Part shown: positions 39,954 through 53,290 of the stretch, one piece after another
Layout of the letters: each line of letters begins with the position of its first letter
Position numbering within the stretch: the stretch's first letter is position 1
NCBI GenBank assembly: GCA_951406725.2
Contig: OX597842.1
Coordinates: forward strand, 4,960,001-5,024,000
DNA: 64,000 bases
Source of the DNA: Octopus vulgaris
Lineage: Eukaryota
Direction: 5' to 3'
Made by a program: the position numbers and the translations under genes
The notes under the pieces: model-generated
Told to the model about the DNA's origin: nothing
The model's input: only the letters and a program-made list of their open reading frames with translations
Databases searched by the model: none

Positions 39954-40338
39954 GCACAGGAGTGGCTGTGTGGTAAGTAGCTTGCTTACCAACCACATGG
40001 TTCTGGGTTCATTCTCACTGCATGGCACCTTGGGCAAGTGTCTTCTACTATAGCCTCGGGCTGACCAAAGCCTTGTGAGTGGATTTGGTAAACGGAAACT
40101 GAAAGAAGCCCATCGTATACGTGTATGTATGTGTTTGTGTGTCTGTGTTTGTCACCCCAACATCGCTTGACAACCGATGGTGGTGTGTTTACGTCCCCGT
40201 AACTTAGCGGTTCGGCAAAAGAGTACCGATAGAATAAGTACTAGGTTTCCAAAGAATAAGTCTTGGGGTTGATTTGCTCAACTAAAGGCAGTGCTCCAGC
40301 ATGGCCACAGTCAAATGACTAAAACAAGTAAAAGAGTA
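39954..40338 (+). mobile_element. Full-length SINE family A
   Basis: Colinear with 12905-13310. Confidence 0.92.
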
Positions 40339-40694
40339 TATGTATACATATAAAAAAAGTCCAATTCACACAGAATAGAAATGATATCAGGAATTAAAGG
40401 GGGTTAAGTAGGAGTTTTATGAGTCCAACAGCTGTTTCTTGGGGGTTGATGGTCCAAAATGATGATTTTATCTCGATTCCATCATTAGATAACACCAGTC
40501 TCCATCTTCGGAATTTAGAGAATGGAGTTTGAAGCTCCTACTCAACCCCTTTAATTCCTGATATCATTTCTATTCTAAGTCGGACATTTTATATGTATAC
40601 ATATGTACAATTTTTGTATTAAATGTATTTAATATTTTTTGTATATGAACTTGCCCAACTTGCTTGTTCTTACATTTACTCCTATACACACACC

Positions 40695-40890
40695 GTCATC
40701 AACCTTTAATGTTCGTTTCCCATGCTGGCATGGATTAGACAGTTTGACCACACCTGGCAAGCTGTACCAAGTTCTAGTTTGATTTGGTTTGTTTTCTATG
40801 GCTGGATGCCCTTCCGAATGCCAACAGCTTCATAGTGTGTGCTGGGTGCTTTTAACATGGTACTACGTGAGCGCTTTTATGTGGCATCAG
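40695..40890 (-). mobile_element. Degenerate RTE 3' UTR
   Basis: gctggatgcccttccgaatgccaac..gggtgctttt. Confidence 0.7.
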
Positions 40891-41068
40891 CACACAACTC
40901 TTGCAAGCCAATCTTCTTTGTCAGGAAGATTGGCCTTAACACTTCTGCTGTGAAGTCTCCCGTCAGAAAGGTCCAGCGTCGTGAGGTCGTCAGCATTCAT
41001 CCACATCACATGACCAAACCACACTGCATCTAATTCCTCTATACACAAACACACACATAAATGTATAG

Positions 41069-41115
<47 letters not shown>

Positions 41116-41116
<1 letters not shown>

Positions 41117-41280
41117 TTACAACCCACAAGGGGCTAAACACAGAGGGGACAAACAAGGACAGACAAACGGATTAAGTCGATTACATCGACCTCAGTGCGT
41201 AACTGGTACTTAATTTATCGACCCCGAAAGGATGAAAGGCAAAGTCAACCTCGGCGGAATTTGAACTCAGAACGTAGCGG
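41116..41280 (-). mobile_element. SINE family B variant (different tail), CpGs intact
   Basis: atcgaccccgaaaggatgaaaggcaaagtcaacctcggcggaatttgaactcagaacg; sister copy on + at 43516-43657. Confidence 0.85.
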
Positions 41281-41987
41281 TATACTCATATATACATACT
41301 TATATAGACAGTTACGTACACACATACAACATGGCCACAGTCTGAAACAAGTAAAAGAATAAAATAATATACTCACACATAGTCTGCGCCATCATAGTTG
41401 ACACACCTCTTACATCGTTCATGCATCACAAACAAAGAAACGGTTCACTGACTTCTACGGGTTAGAGTACGTACCAGAATTGACAGTAACATATTCTTTA
41501 AATTGAATTTAAACTTTCTTGAAAAGTATGCATTAGAGAAAACCGGCAAAGTATGGGGCGGTCATTGCTGGAATGTAGGTGACCATAAATGAGGTACAAA
41601 ATAACTCGGAAAAGTTTTAAATCTGACTCACACCCATAAATTGTTTTGTGGTGTGTGTGCGTGTGTATACATACATACACACACACACATATATATTTAT
41701 ATATATATACACACACACACACATGCATGCATGCAATACATTATAAATAGGTATGCACATGTACAGGTGTTGTATACGTACACATATAAGGATATGTGTC
41801 ACATACAGAAGGGATGTGTGTGCGTATGGATATGTGCCAGAATATACATACATATTTATATATGTCTATATTTATTAAAAATATACCATATATACACACA
41901 CACATATATATGCCTACCCCATTATAATATTAACTGCTCTACATTTTAGAGTGTGCTTCTCCGGATTTGTTTTTCTACAAACGATTT

Positions 41988-42023
<36 letters not shown>

Positions 42024-42602
42024 TCAACCTTCTCTATATATATATTATACATATGTATGTGTATATATATATATATAAGTATATATATTCCTCTCTCTCT
42101 CTCTCTATATATATATATACACGGACACCTGTAACTCTAAATGTACATATGAACGTTAGGCCCATTAAACAACACATCTCATAAACGTTTATAACTATGT
42201 ATGTATGTATATTATACTTACTCCACTGTGTAGAAGACATCAGTATGTTGTATGTTGGTAGTTATTAAAGTTTCTCTCTTTATCAAGTATTTGTAAAAGT
42301 CCAAATCACTTCACCAAGTCAGCCATGTTGGTTAAGGTGTGTGTCAGAGTGTCTTTCTACCTGTGACAAGGTGTGTGTGTTTGTATGTCTGTACGTGAGT
42401 GGGTCAGCTCCTGTTTGAGTACCTGTATGTGGGTGTGTGTGTGTGTGCAAGTTACTGCTTGTCTACCTGTGTGCGCGTATGTGAGTGTGTATACGTCTTT
42501 GTATGTGTGTGAGAGAGAGAGAGAGAGAGTACCTGCGTGCATGTTTTTGTATAAGTACCTGTCTTTCTGTGTACCTCTTTGTATATGTGACTATATTCAT
42601 TG

Positions 42603-43125
42603 AGGGCTAATGCAGAATCGCACCTCTACCGCCACATTTGGTTGACTAATATATTTTATGAATAAACGGATAGGGATAAATAAGATAGGCAGACAAACAA
42701 ATAAATGGATGAAAAAGTTCAAAATTTAAAATTGGGGGAGGGCATGAAATTTGAGCCCTTTATTAAACTTTATAACATTAATTATTAAATATTAATGTTT
42801 GTTTCTCATAAAATGGTGTATATTCAACCTACGTTCAATTATTATTTATGATTATTGAAGGCAAACACAAGTAAAACGTAAATTCTTTTCACTTAAATAT
42901 TTTTGTCTATATATAATTTCGATTTGCATGTTCGTCAATTAACTACAATCTCTTTAAAGTAAACAAAATCAAGATTGTTTGTGGGGTGGGGATGAAAATT
43001 AAAAAAAGTTTTTTTTGGCATATTCGTAATCTTCGACATCTAAACCGTAGGAATTCGAAAAAAAAATTTTCCCAAAAAATAAAAAATGCATTTTTCAAGG
43101 AGAGGTTCGATTCTGCATTAGCCCT
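42603..43125. mobile_element. MITE with 25-bp TIRs
   Basis: agggctaatgcagaatcgcacctct / agaggttcgattctgcattagccct (one mismatch); superfamily not determined. Confidence 0.85.
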
Positions 43126-43515
43126 ATCTAGGGCTATTGTGTATGTGTATACCTGTATATATGTATGTGAATGCAATTATCTATGTACAACCGTACGTGA
43201 TTGTGTACATGTATGTGTACCTATCTCTGTGTATTTGCATATTTGTTAACATATACCTGTAGATATGTGCGTGTGTGTCTCAACCCATTTGTGTGGTTAT
43301 TACATGTGTGTTCCAGTGTGCACCTATTTCTATGGCTGTATATCTATTATATATTTGTAGTCGAACGGGAGAAAACCCTGAAGTATCGGGACCTAACTGA
43401 ACTATCTGTGGCGTTTAAGACATTCGGATGGACTGGGCCACTAACCGCGAAGTTTTGGGCAGATCACCTCACCGAGGTGTCAGGTGATGCTCGTGAGGGC
43501 GCTTGGCTGGTTAAT

Positions 43516-43657
43516 GAGGTCCACTTTGCCTTTCATCCTTTCGGGGTCGATAAATTAAGTACCAGTTACACACTGGCGTCGATGTAATCGATTTAATCCG
43601 TGTGTCTGTCCTTGTTTGTCCCCTCTATGTTTAGCCCCTTGTGGGTAATAAAGAAAC
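43516..43657 (+). mobile_element. SINE family B variant 3' fragment
   Basis: Reverse complement of 41116-41255. Confidence 0.85.
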
Positions 43658-44433
43658 AGGTTAATATAAATATCTTCACCCGTTAACAAAAACAAAACAA
43701 AACAAAAAGAAAAACTCCAGCCTGCTGGGTGTTAACAATTGTGTAGGAAAGGAATATGCCAAGATAAAATTTGCGCAAACGAACCTGTCGGGTGGGGATA
43801 GGACTTTCGGAAAATTCACAAGATCCGATTTTTCCGTCATAACTTTCAAGAAAATGGATATATATATATATTTTTTTTTATGGAATCCCACGTTTTCGGT
43901 TATGGAGAATCCGATTCTGAAAAAAAACTTTTTCAAAATTTCAATTCTCAGGCAGGCTATCCACATGCTAGAAATAACAACCAAATCTCACAAAACTGCG
44001 ATAACATAATGAAAGAATTATGTAATCTATCTTCTCACCTTTCTGCAAAGATTTCTTTCAGAGTAATTTCCCGCAGTAATATCACAAAGTAATTCACGTG
44101 AAATTAAAGTGTTTTTTTTAAAAAACATTTTTCGATTTTTAAAAATATCAATCTACGTGGGAAAATACGGAGAATATGAATATGGAAAAAATAGACACAA
44201 ATTCAAATTTTAATTTCCAATTTTTTATGGAAAACTCTGACCCAAAATTCCCTGCTTCCGCCATCCTGCTATCTAAAAGTGAAAATGAACGGTTGTTTTG
44301 TCTGTTGCTGCATGCATTATAGTGAAACAGTAAAAGGATCAAGGCAGCGCCCGGTCACTAAAACGGAAAAAAAAGAAAACAGTCTAATATCCATATTCTG
44401 TTAAAATGTCTTATTGATGAGTTTCATTTCATC

Positions 44434-44517
44434 ACTTCCCTGAAGAGAAGATTGTTTTACACCATTTTATTCCTTTGGAATAATACCAGTGATATCTTCG
44501 AAACATGTGTCGGAAGT
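44434..44517 (+). ncRNA. Type I hammerhead ribozyme, fully canonical core
   Basis: acttcc-CTGAAGA-gaagat..atcttc-GAAA-catgtg-TC-ggaagt; 6-bp stem I, 6-bp stem II, GUC triplet at 44509-44511. Confidence 0.88.
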
Positions 44518-44758
44518 AAAAGAATTTGGATAACACCTGCGTTTAACTCCATTTATTTATTTATATATATTATACAAAATATTTCATGTAAACCCAGAGT
44601 TTCTACCTTTAAAAACAAGGAGTTATAACCTTTTTACTTGTGCAATTTTTTGCTACCCTGGTAACTATTTATCTATTTTTTCTGTGTTAATTGTTAACAA
44701 GGGAAAAATACACACATCTATTGCCTTCGTCTTTTGTCTATTTTCATAAAGCTTCCCG

Positions 44759-44797
<39 letters not shown>

Positions 44798-44821
44798 TCA
44801 GTCCTCCTATTTATCATAGTG

Positions 44822-44992
44822 TAGCTGAAAGTGTTAGCTGCTAGAATAAGAATAGCCTGGGCAAAGTTCAGAGAGCTCTTACCTCTGCTGGTGACAAATT
44901 GAACCGAATTCGATGACTGGCACCTGTGCCTGTGGAGCGCTAACAGCTCCATCTGAGCAGGATCACTGCCAGAGCAGCTGTCTGGCTTCCGT
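44822..44992 (+). mobile_element. RTE fragment with internal deletion
   Basis: Joins sequence matching 35895-35967 directly to sequence matching 36555-36642. Confidence 0.8.
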
Positions 44993-45713
44993 AGCAATAT
45001 CATATCTTCTCCACTATTTTAGTATTACGTGTTAAAAGTGAAACAAAAACATTTCTCTATTTTATGTCAGATACTTTAACAATAAAAATTAGAGATAATA
45101 ATAACAATTGAATTATATGTAGTAAGTAATAATTAAAATCAAACTAAAGTACAATATAATTGTAACATAACAAAAGTAAAAATAGCAATTGGTATAAAAT
45201 TGCATCAATGACTTGAACTTAAATAAGTGGTTTCATATGAATGGGAATAAATTAAAAATAAAATTAGTGTGCAAAAATGGAATAGTCCAGATGGAGCTGT
45301 GCACATACCGTTTACCACAGCTTTGATATTAGATTATCTGCTAATTAGCTAGTATTAAGTATCTATATGAAGTTTGGCTGTATGTAATGTCTGTTTTCTC
45401 GAACAGCCGCTTCTACTGAGTACTGCTGTTAGTTTATTTCTTATACATAAAGGACTATAGCTTCAACTGCGTACTGATTTTTGATTCACTGTAAGGTTTG
45501 TTGTTATTATTATTACTGTTTAACTATTGTTATCACGTTTGTTGGTTCCTCGTAAAGGAAACGTTGTTGTCTTGCATTTGTTAAATAATTGTAAACTGTA
45601 ACCCTCCCCCTTTGGGAGAAGGAGCTTTGGTTATTGTTTAAAAATCAAATTGTGTCCCTGTTTGGGGAAATTGACAATATTTTCACCGTTTATACGGAAG
45701 CATTTTTGTTAGA

Positions 45714-46240
45714 ATGCCTTCGATAGAAGAAAGTCCAAAAATGAATTTCGCTGCAGCCGTCGGCGGGCGCGACTCATTAAGATTAAAATGAAAGAAATAC
45801 AAACCTATTTCGGATTGATCACCGACAAAGACAGTGAATCTAGGATAACACCACCAAATGAAATAAAAAATTAAATTAAAGAAAAGACTATTGTCTATAA
45901 AGTATACAATGTAGAGAAAAAAAAGATTTGAACACGTGGAGGAAAGCAACATCGAAAAGTGTCTTGGTGCGACTATGAAAGATATCTAACCAGAGGCGGT
46001 AAATTTGCCACAATAGAAGCAAGGTTCAAGTCAACGGAGCATGCAAGGGAGTACTCGACTTGAACCTTGCAAAGTGGAAATATTAGATTTTTACCTTTAT
46101 ATCTGGGACGTAGGATGTCCTGGATAAAAATTTAAAATGTTCCCCCAGAAGTAGAGGTAGGCTGGATTGTAGCCACACTTCTATACAAGAGGGAGGACAA
46201 GATACAATTGATCGAAATTACAAAAGACAGGCCTACAATT
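45714..46240 (+). pseudogene. Degraded ORF1-like segment, probably of a Tx1/L1-type LINE
   Basis: Stop-interrupted reading KTIVYKVYN..GKFATIEARFKSTEHAREYST..FLPLYLGRR..I*NVPPEVEVGWIVA, RRM-like pattern; family is my inference. Confidence 0.5.
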
Positions 46241-46374
46241 CCAGTCTGTTATATATTTTGAGTATTGTTATCATTAGCGATATCAAGATATAACTTTGTA
46301 TTTTGTATTTTATGTGTAGATGTATATATATATAGATGTAATATGTACACATATATATACACATATATACATGC

Positions 46375-47010
46375 ACTAGCACTATGACCCGGCAACAACG
46401 GGCCATAATGCTAGTATATATATATATATATATATAAATAAAATATATATATATATTATTTATATTATTATATAATCAAACGCCACGCATCCATTTCCAA
46501 GTAAGTGTTATCTTAATTCTCATGTGCACTCTACAAATATCTCTTTTCTCCCCCTTTATTCCTCTTTCTATTTGTCTTTCTTCTCCTCCTCCCTTCACCA
46601 TTCTCTTTCTCTCCTCTCTCTCCCTCACTCTTCCTCCTTGATTCTCTCATTGTTCACACATGACCAGTGGCCATCTCTCCCTTTCTAATGCCAAATATGC
46701 CAAAAATAGACAAATTGTCAATAACCATATAATTTATCACTATAAGCATGTGTCTCGAAGTAAGCATATTTTCGGCATATTTGACATTAGAATTTTTTTC
46801 TTTTGCCCTTGTTTATAAATTTAACCTTCGAAGGTATTTTTTAATATGCTGGCCATTGATAGAATTTTTTTCGAAAATTTTATCCTATATTAGATGTAAA
46901 TTTAATAGCGTTCATTAACCCAAATGGTAGCGTTCATTAACCCAAATGGTGCAGAGGTGTTACCTTGTTGATATTGTGAAAATTTTGGTAGGTAGGCCCA
47001 CACCTGAGAC
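46375..47010. mobile_element. Helitron-like non-autonomous repeat
   Basis: actagcactatgacccg-gcaacaa-cgggccataatgctagt hairpin with CTAG ends; extent uncertain. Confidence 0.45.
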
Positions 47011-47059
47011 AGAATAATGTCGCTCAAGCAGAGGCAGCACCACATGTGCCCTTAATATT

Positions 47060-47272
47060 CTTTTCTACTCTAGGAACAAGGCCCAAAATTTTTGGAGAGG
47101 GACCAGTCGATTAGATTGACCTCTGTACACAACTGGTATGTAATTTATCAACCCTGAAAGGATGAAAGGCAAAGTTGACCTTGGCAGAATTTGAACTCAG
47201 AATGTAAAGACAGATGAAATACCAGTAAGCATTTTGCCCAGCGTGCTAACGTTTCTGCCAGCTTGCTGCCTT
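47060..47272 (-). mobile_element. SINE family B
   Basis: Same core as the 18-kb cluster. Confidence 0.88.
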
Positions 47273-47359
47273 TGCCCTTAATGATATTGCAACATAGAGG
47301 TAGTTGTATACAAAGCAGAGGTAACATCAAAGGACCCCAGGGGGTAGTTAGACATGCAG

Positions 47360-47640
47360 AAATATATGGGCACAACAGAAGGTTATTTCAGAACCAGATT
47401 TAACAACAACAAATCCTCCTTTAATATCCAAAAGTGACAAAAATATCACAGCCCTGGCTGAGCATGTATGGTCGTTGAAGGAAAAGCACCATGGATTACA
47501 ATTTAAGTACAAAATCTTAGAGAATTGCAAGCCTTATTTTAATAGCAGCCAAAAGTGCTATATATATGTTTCTCCACCTACTTAAACTGCAGAAGTGAGA
47601 TGTTCAGCCTGTGCCCAAATGAGAGAAAGTACATGTTGGC
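47360..47640 (+). mobile_element. Penelope-like GIY-YIG endonuclease remnant
   Basis: KYMGTTEGYFRTRFNNNKSSF..TALAEHVWSLKEK..YKILENCKPYFNSSQKCYIC. Confidence 0.82.
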
Positions 47641-48915
47641 TTACTTACAGACCTTACCATAATTATGAATGCTAGGACTGCCCAGCAAGATTTTGACCAA
47701 GCCATATACACATGGACACAAATATATATATGCATCCAAATGCAGGGTTAAAGATTTGGGTACCTATCTTATTCTCCCTCTGCATCCCCTACGCAAATAC
47801 CAACCCTTTCATCCCCTACATATATTTATCCACCAGGCTTTTGCTATATCACAACTCACTTATTTTTTGTGGGACCTAGGAACATAACTCTCAATAATCC
47901 TTCACATAATTGTCTCCGCTACTTTGTTTCATCCTTTTTACAGCAACTGAAGGTGACACTTCTTCACTGCCAGTAACAGAGAGCAGTTGCCATATTGTTT
48001 CCATCCCTGCCATCTGTGGGCATCTGTCAGCAGCTGGGGAGCTGACCGGAACTTGGGGCTGACCGGAAGGGGCAGCAATGATACGCGCGTAGCGAGGGTA
48101 GGATTCTGCCTTTTCGAGGCAGGTCGCCGAGCGGGTAAGACAGCGTCAGCATGTTGTTAAGGTTGGGAGAAGCAGCTGCTATTTCTAGCGTTCGGATCAG
48201 GCTGTGTTGAAGGATCCATTCCTGCTGAAGGGTCTCCATCTGAGCGAAGAGAAGGTAGGTGCCTTATTTCGAATCTCTCGCATACACCACACCATCCTTG
48301 CACATGTATTAGATAACCATATCATTACCTAACATCCATTGTGAAACTGATTGGAAAGTAGATTGGCTGTAATGGATCTATAATATGTATGCTTTGATTA
48401 ATGTGTTTGTGTGTATGTGTGTGTGCGCGTGTGTGCGTGCGTATGTGAGATTCAAGAAAGATTGCAAAATATTCTTTATAATAATTCTGTTATTGCAATG
48501 TCATGATATGAACCGGACATCCTTTGTTTTCAGATCTAATAATACAAACATACAAAGACTACATCAAGTTGAAGTCTAATTGTTGAGAAATAATCTAAAG
48601 TTTGTCTATTTGTTTTCGAGTCATAATTATGCCAGCGTACAATAGTAAGCTCTAGCATGACAGTTGCACAATGCAAACTCTGTGGCAATAACCAACACAG
48701 ACTGAATATCTCTGCTGTTTCTATAATGAACTTGAATCCTGTGCTCCATTTCTCCTTCTTTCTCAGGACAGACCAGGAACCGGTTATACTGGACACCAAC
48801 CAAAATTTTGAATTCGAGGGTGGTGGAAACTAACTCTGGCGAGGAATCCATTCCAGGTAATGTCAACTGCAACTAGTTCAGCCTGAGGCTCGTTTAAAAG
48901 TAGGTATTTCAAGTC

Positions 48916-49176
48916 CTTCTTCTTCTTCTTCTTCTTCTTCTTCTTCTTCTTCTTCTTCTTCTTCTTCTTCTTCTTCTTCTTCTTCTTCTTCTTCTTCTTC
49001 TTCTTCTTCTTCTTCTTCTTCTTCTTCCTTCTTCTTCTTCTTCTTCTTCTTCTTCTTCTTCTTCTTCTTCTTCTTCTTCTTCTTCTTCTTCTTCTTCTTC
49101 TTCTTCCAATTCTTCTTCTTCTTCCAATTCTTCTTCTTCTTCTTCTTCTTCTTCTTCTTCTTCTTCTTCTTCTTCT

Positions 49177-49215
<39 letters not shown>

Positions 49216-49222
49216 TCTTCTT
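48916..49222. repeat. (CTT)n/(GAA)n trinucleotide repeat, ~300 bp; probably the expanded tail of the adjacent RTE remnant
   Basis: Directly visible; 49230-49480 on minus reads WRIQCSAPKKTWVK, like an RTE C-terminus. Confidence 0.95.
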
Positions 49223-51004
49223 GTGATGATGTTATCCAATGCTTTCTAATCAATGGTTTTGCTCTTAGCATGTTTGAGGTTGAGGCCCTGAAACTTCAGG
49301 TTCTGCTCAATTTACTTCACCCATGTCTTTTTTGGTGCACTGCACTGGATTCTCCAGTGTGTGGGTCGCTGGTACCACAAATCAAGAAGTCTGTCAGAGG
49401 ATGAAATCGGAAATGGAAGAATACTGGAATAAGATGGTATCTGCTCTATCTCATACTTTGCTGGTCAAATGAAAAGACCAAGTCAGCTGGTGGAAACAGG
49501 AAAGCTGATGGCCTGTTTGTATGGTTGCTGGACAAGTGCCTTCAGTGTTGGAGAGATTTCTTTGAGGAACTCTTTCTTTTGATTTGTTGATGATAGAGGT
49601 CACTACCCACTACCTGAAGAGGAAGTCATCGAGGCCAAAGTGGCAGAATACTAGCAGCATTGCACCAGAAAGGAGCTCAAAGCTGCTACAAGTGGCATGG
49701 AATAACTGTTGTCTGTCCCCGCTAAGTGTTCTTCATTGTTCTCCTTATCCATAGTGGTCAATGAACATTTACGAAAAGAACAGGAGTCATCCAGGAGTGG
49801 ATAACCATGCAGTGAACCTCAGTTCATATTACATTTGTAGGGATTTCAATCCCAACTGCAAAATTATCAGTTCACGATCATGAGTAAGCTGCAATTGGAT
49901 CATATGAGTTTCATGCGATCAACCTAAAAATCGTCCAATGACCCTGAAACTATGCCATAAACAGCATTTAGAATGTTCTTGAGATTCGTGTCCTTTCTCC
50001 TTAGTTAACCAGTTTGGTACCTAAATCACAGCAGAGTGATGCTGGCATTTAAGGAAGACAGATCTTTGCTCTTACATGACAGACTAAAGAAAAAAACCCA
50101 TAATTTGTGGCAGTCTCATATCTTTTGTCTTTCCTTTTCTAGAGAGAAATTGGCCAAACAAATACAGTTCAATCAATTCCTAGATACTATTCTTGTAACC
50201 AGTGAGGATTTGATAATTTATATATATGTACATACCTAACATTCTCTTAATAAAATCTGTTCAAGCTGATCTTACATTAAAATACACAATCTTTCTCATG
50301 ACAACTTAACCTAGTAAGACATATAAAAGAAAAAGACCAGCAGGATTCATAGAACAGTAAATGTTTCTCACTGGCATTCCCCTCAGACCATGCTAAGGAT
50401 TTCCTGATGTAACCACATCTAGAATAAAGAAGTCACAGAAAGGTCTGGGTTGAGAATTCTCTGAGATATTACTGTGAGATGGTAGAATATGTTTGGCAAT
50501 GGGATACACAAGGTCATGAAGAGAACAGAGCAGCTTCTCTTCAGGGAAAGCAAGAGGAAGAGATAAGGTAGGTATGTGAAAACAAAGTTGAAAACTATGT
50601 CTGAAGACCTAGCAGAAATGGTCTTGTTTTAGGAAAAGACTCATGAAGGGTCATCATAACAGCATTATAGACGTGTAACTGATTATGTTAAGATTGGATT
50701 ATTTAATCTTCATGAGACAGTGTAACATGCACCATAAAAATCAACTGGCAGAAAAACGTTATTTCTTACAAATGTTATTTTCCTGTGAATTCAACTTTAT
50801 GGTTTGTATAGAAAAGGCTGAAGTAGTTGGCTGTTTTACAGGGTAAGAGCAATGACAAGGCTTGTGCACCTCTGGTAACAACTGCATCTGTGCAGATGTT
50901 AGGAAGAAGGTGTTTTCTAGAAATAGAAAGATGTGTGGAACCTGAAAGTGAAAATGACTGTCCCCTAATATTCTGAGAGGGTTTGTATTTATACATGTTG
51001 AATG

Positions 51005-53290
51005 AACATTGAACAAGTCATAACAAACTTCCGTTGGTATTTCTTCTCTTTCTTCAGTATGTCTACCCTTCAACTGGTTCAAATCTTGCTTGTGCTCTCC
51101 TATTTGACCTTCTATTATGTACATCATACTGCCTATTCTATTCGTCACTATACCACCCTCCCAACCTTGTCTCCCATTCTTATATATTTTGAAATGAAAT
51201 TTATCTCCCACATTAAAATACTTTGTTGTGTTTCTTGAGTTTTCCCTATAATTTCTTTTGTAGGTAACAATTATCAAAAATTGATTTTATCTTCCAGGCA
51301 AACATTAGCTCTGTGGGCAAACATTAGCCCTGAATGGGTGTTCAGGTTAGGTGTTACCCTGTAAACCCTTAAGAATTGAGTTAGTGCTGCATCATTGCCT
51401 AATTCATTTCCTGATGTTTTTAGTGTTTGCTTAAATGCATCTACAAACCTTTCTGCTTGCCCATTCGATCTCGGGTAGTAAGGCAGAGTAGAGATGTGAT
51501 TTACTGCATAATTCTTACAGAAATTTTAAAATTCATATCCCGAAAACTGAGTTCTGTTATCTGATACTATGGTGTCTGGGACACCGCATCACACAAAAAG
51601 TTCATGAAGGAAACTTATTGTTAATTTTGAGGTTGGTTGATTGCAGTTAATTATCTCTGGCCACTTGGTATAACTGTCTACTATGATCAGATAATACACA
51701 CCGTTTACTGGTCCAGCAAAATCTATATGTAACCTGGACCACAGACTGTCTGTCTTAGGCAACAATTGGAATTTCACTGGTAGTGACTTTGCTGTGAGAG
51801 CACAAACTCTGCAGGATTTCATCAATTGTTCAATAGCACAGTCCATAGTAGGCCAATACACATAACTCCTCATTACTGATTTCATCCTTGAAATCCCTGT
51901 GTGGCCCATATGAAATTCACTTAATACATGGCTGCCACTACAACTCTTTGTGCATACATCAACACCTCATCACACAGAGAAAAATGGTTTGCATTTGTGT
52001 TATGTATTTGTGTTATGTTTTCTTTTCTTTTACCTTCAATGTTTCTTTCATCTTTGCAATGAATTTGTCATTCTCCAATTTTAATTTTATAACTTGAACA
52101 GTTACTGGCAGCTCCCAAATGACTTACACAAAATGGGTTTTTTTATCGCATTTTCTGCTCACAATGTGGCAATCACAGTATCTTCAAATAGTTCTGTCCA
52201 TTTTGGAATTAGCCTTGATAAACAATCCACAGGGCCTAACCTCTTGGATGGTATATACTCCATCTTAAAGTCATACTTCAACAATATCGTACTCCAGCAT
52301 TGTAACCTATTTGCAGTATGGGTAGGAATTCCTTTCTTTGACCCCCAAAATTAATAATAATGTTTGGTGATCAGTTTGTAGCCAAAAACTTCTACCATGC
52401 AAAAATCAGTGAAATTTCTTCATGGCAAAAATGAGCTTCTTTCTCTATTTGACTATAATTTTTTTCTACCACTATCAGGAAACATGAGGCATGAACCACC
52501 GCCTTCATATCACTGTTTTTTATATTTGTGTAGCATTATTGCTCCTATGCCATATTCAGTGACATATCCCTTATTAATATCTTTTTAATATTATCAAACA
52601 CCTTTTGACAATTATTTGACCAATTCTACTTCACATACTTTTTTAGCAAATTAGTGGAGCTCTCGATTCATGCATATTTGGTATATAATTTTGATAATAA
52701 TTCACTAGACCTAGAAAAGCTTGTAAGGTCATTATATTAGTTGGAGGTGGCATATTTTTAATCACATCTGTCCTCGACATTGTCGTCCATTCCTGTCAAT
52801 AATTTGTCCTAAATACTTGATTTTAGGTAAGAAAAATTCACATTTTCCCTCACTCAGTGTGAAACCATAATCTTTTAACTTTTCAAAAACACATTTTACA
52901 TGTTCAACATGCTGATTATGAGATTCACTTTTAATGAATATATCATCAAGGTATGGAATTTCGAATTCAGTTTGCTAATATTGCATCCATAACTTGTTGA
53001 AAAATTGCTGGTGTGACCTTTATACCAAATGGTAATCTTATATTTATATAGTCCTTTATGCATATTCACTGTTAGGCATTGTGAGCATTCCTCATCTACT
53101 CTAATTTGTCGGTACTCATCAAAGAGATTCAGTTTCGAAAATATCTTACCCCCATTTAAATTCACAAAAATATTATCCAGAGTAGGTAATGGATAGTGAC
53201 ATGTTTTCAGACATTCATTGAAGCCAGCGGAAAAATTGGCACACACCCTGATTTTATCATTCTTATTTTTAATACTGACTGTTGACCTTC
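51005..53290 (-). mobile_element. Degraded Ty3/Gypsy pol (RT, RNase H, integrase)
   Basis: HYPLPTLDNIFVNLNGGKIFSKLNL (RT); GHTGISRMKSVMRSYVYWP..CRVC..WSRLHIDFAGP..IIVDSYTKWPE (integrase); order RT-RH-IN; no LTRs recognised. Confidence 0.92.

Larger units (their letters stand above)
39356..40682. mobile_element. Inverted-arm element interrupted by two younger insertions
   Basis: Left arm pieces 39356-39423 and 40338-40417 are together the reverse complement of 40532-40682; degenerate hammerhead in the loop (40424-40515, minus strand). Confidence 0.8.

Noticed and set aside
48784-49271. Poly-R/K/E ORFs
   Set aside because: Translations of the (GAA)n repeat
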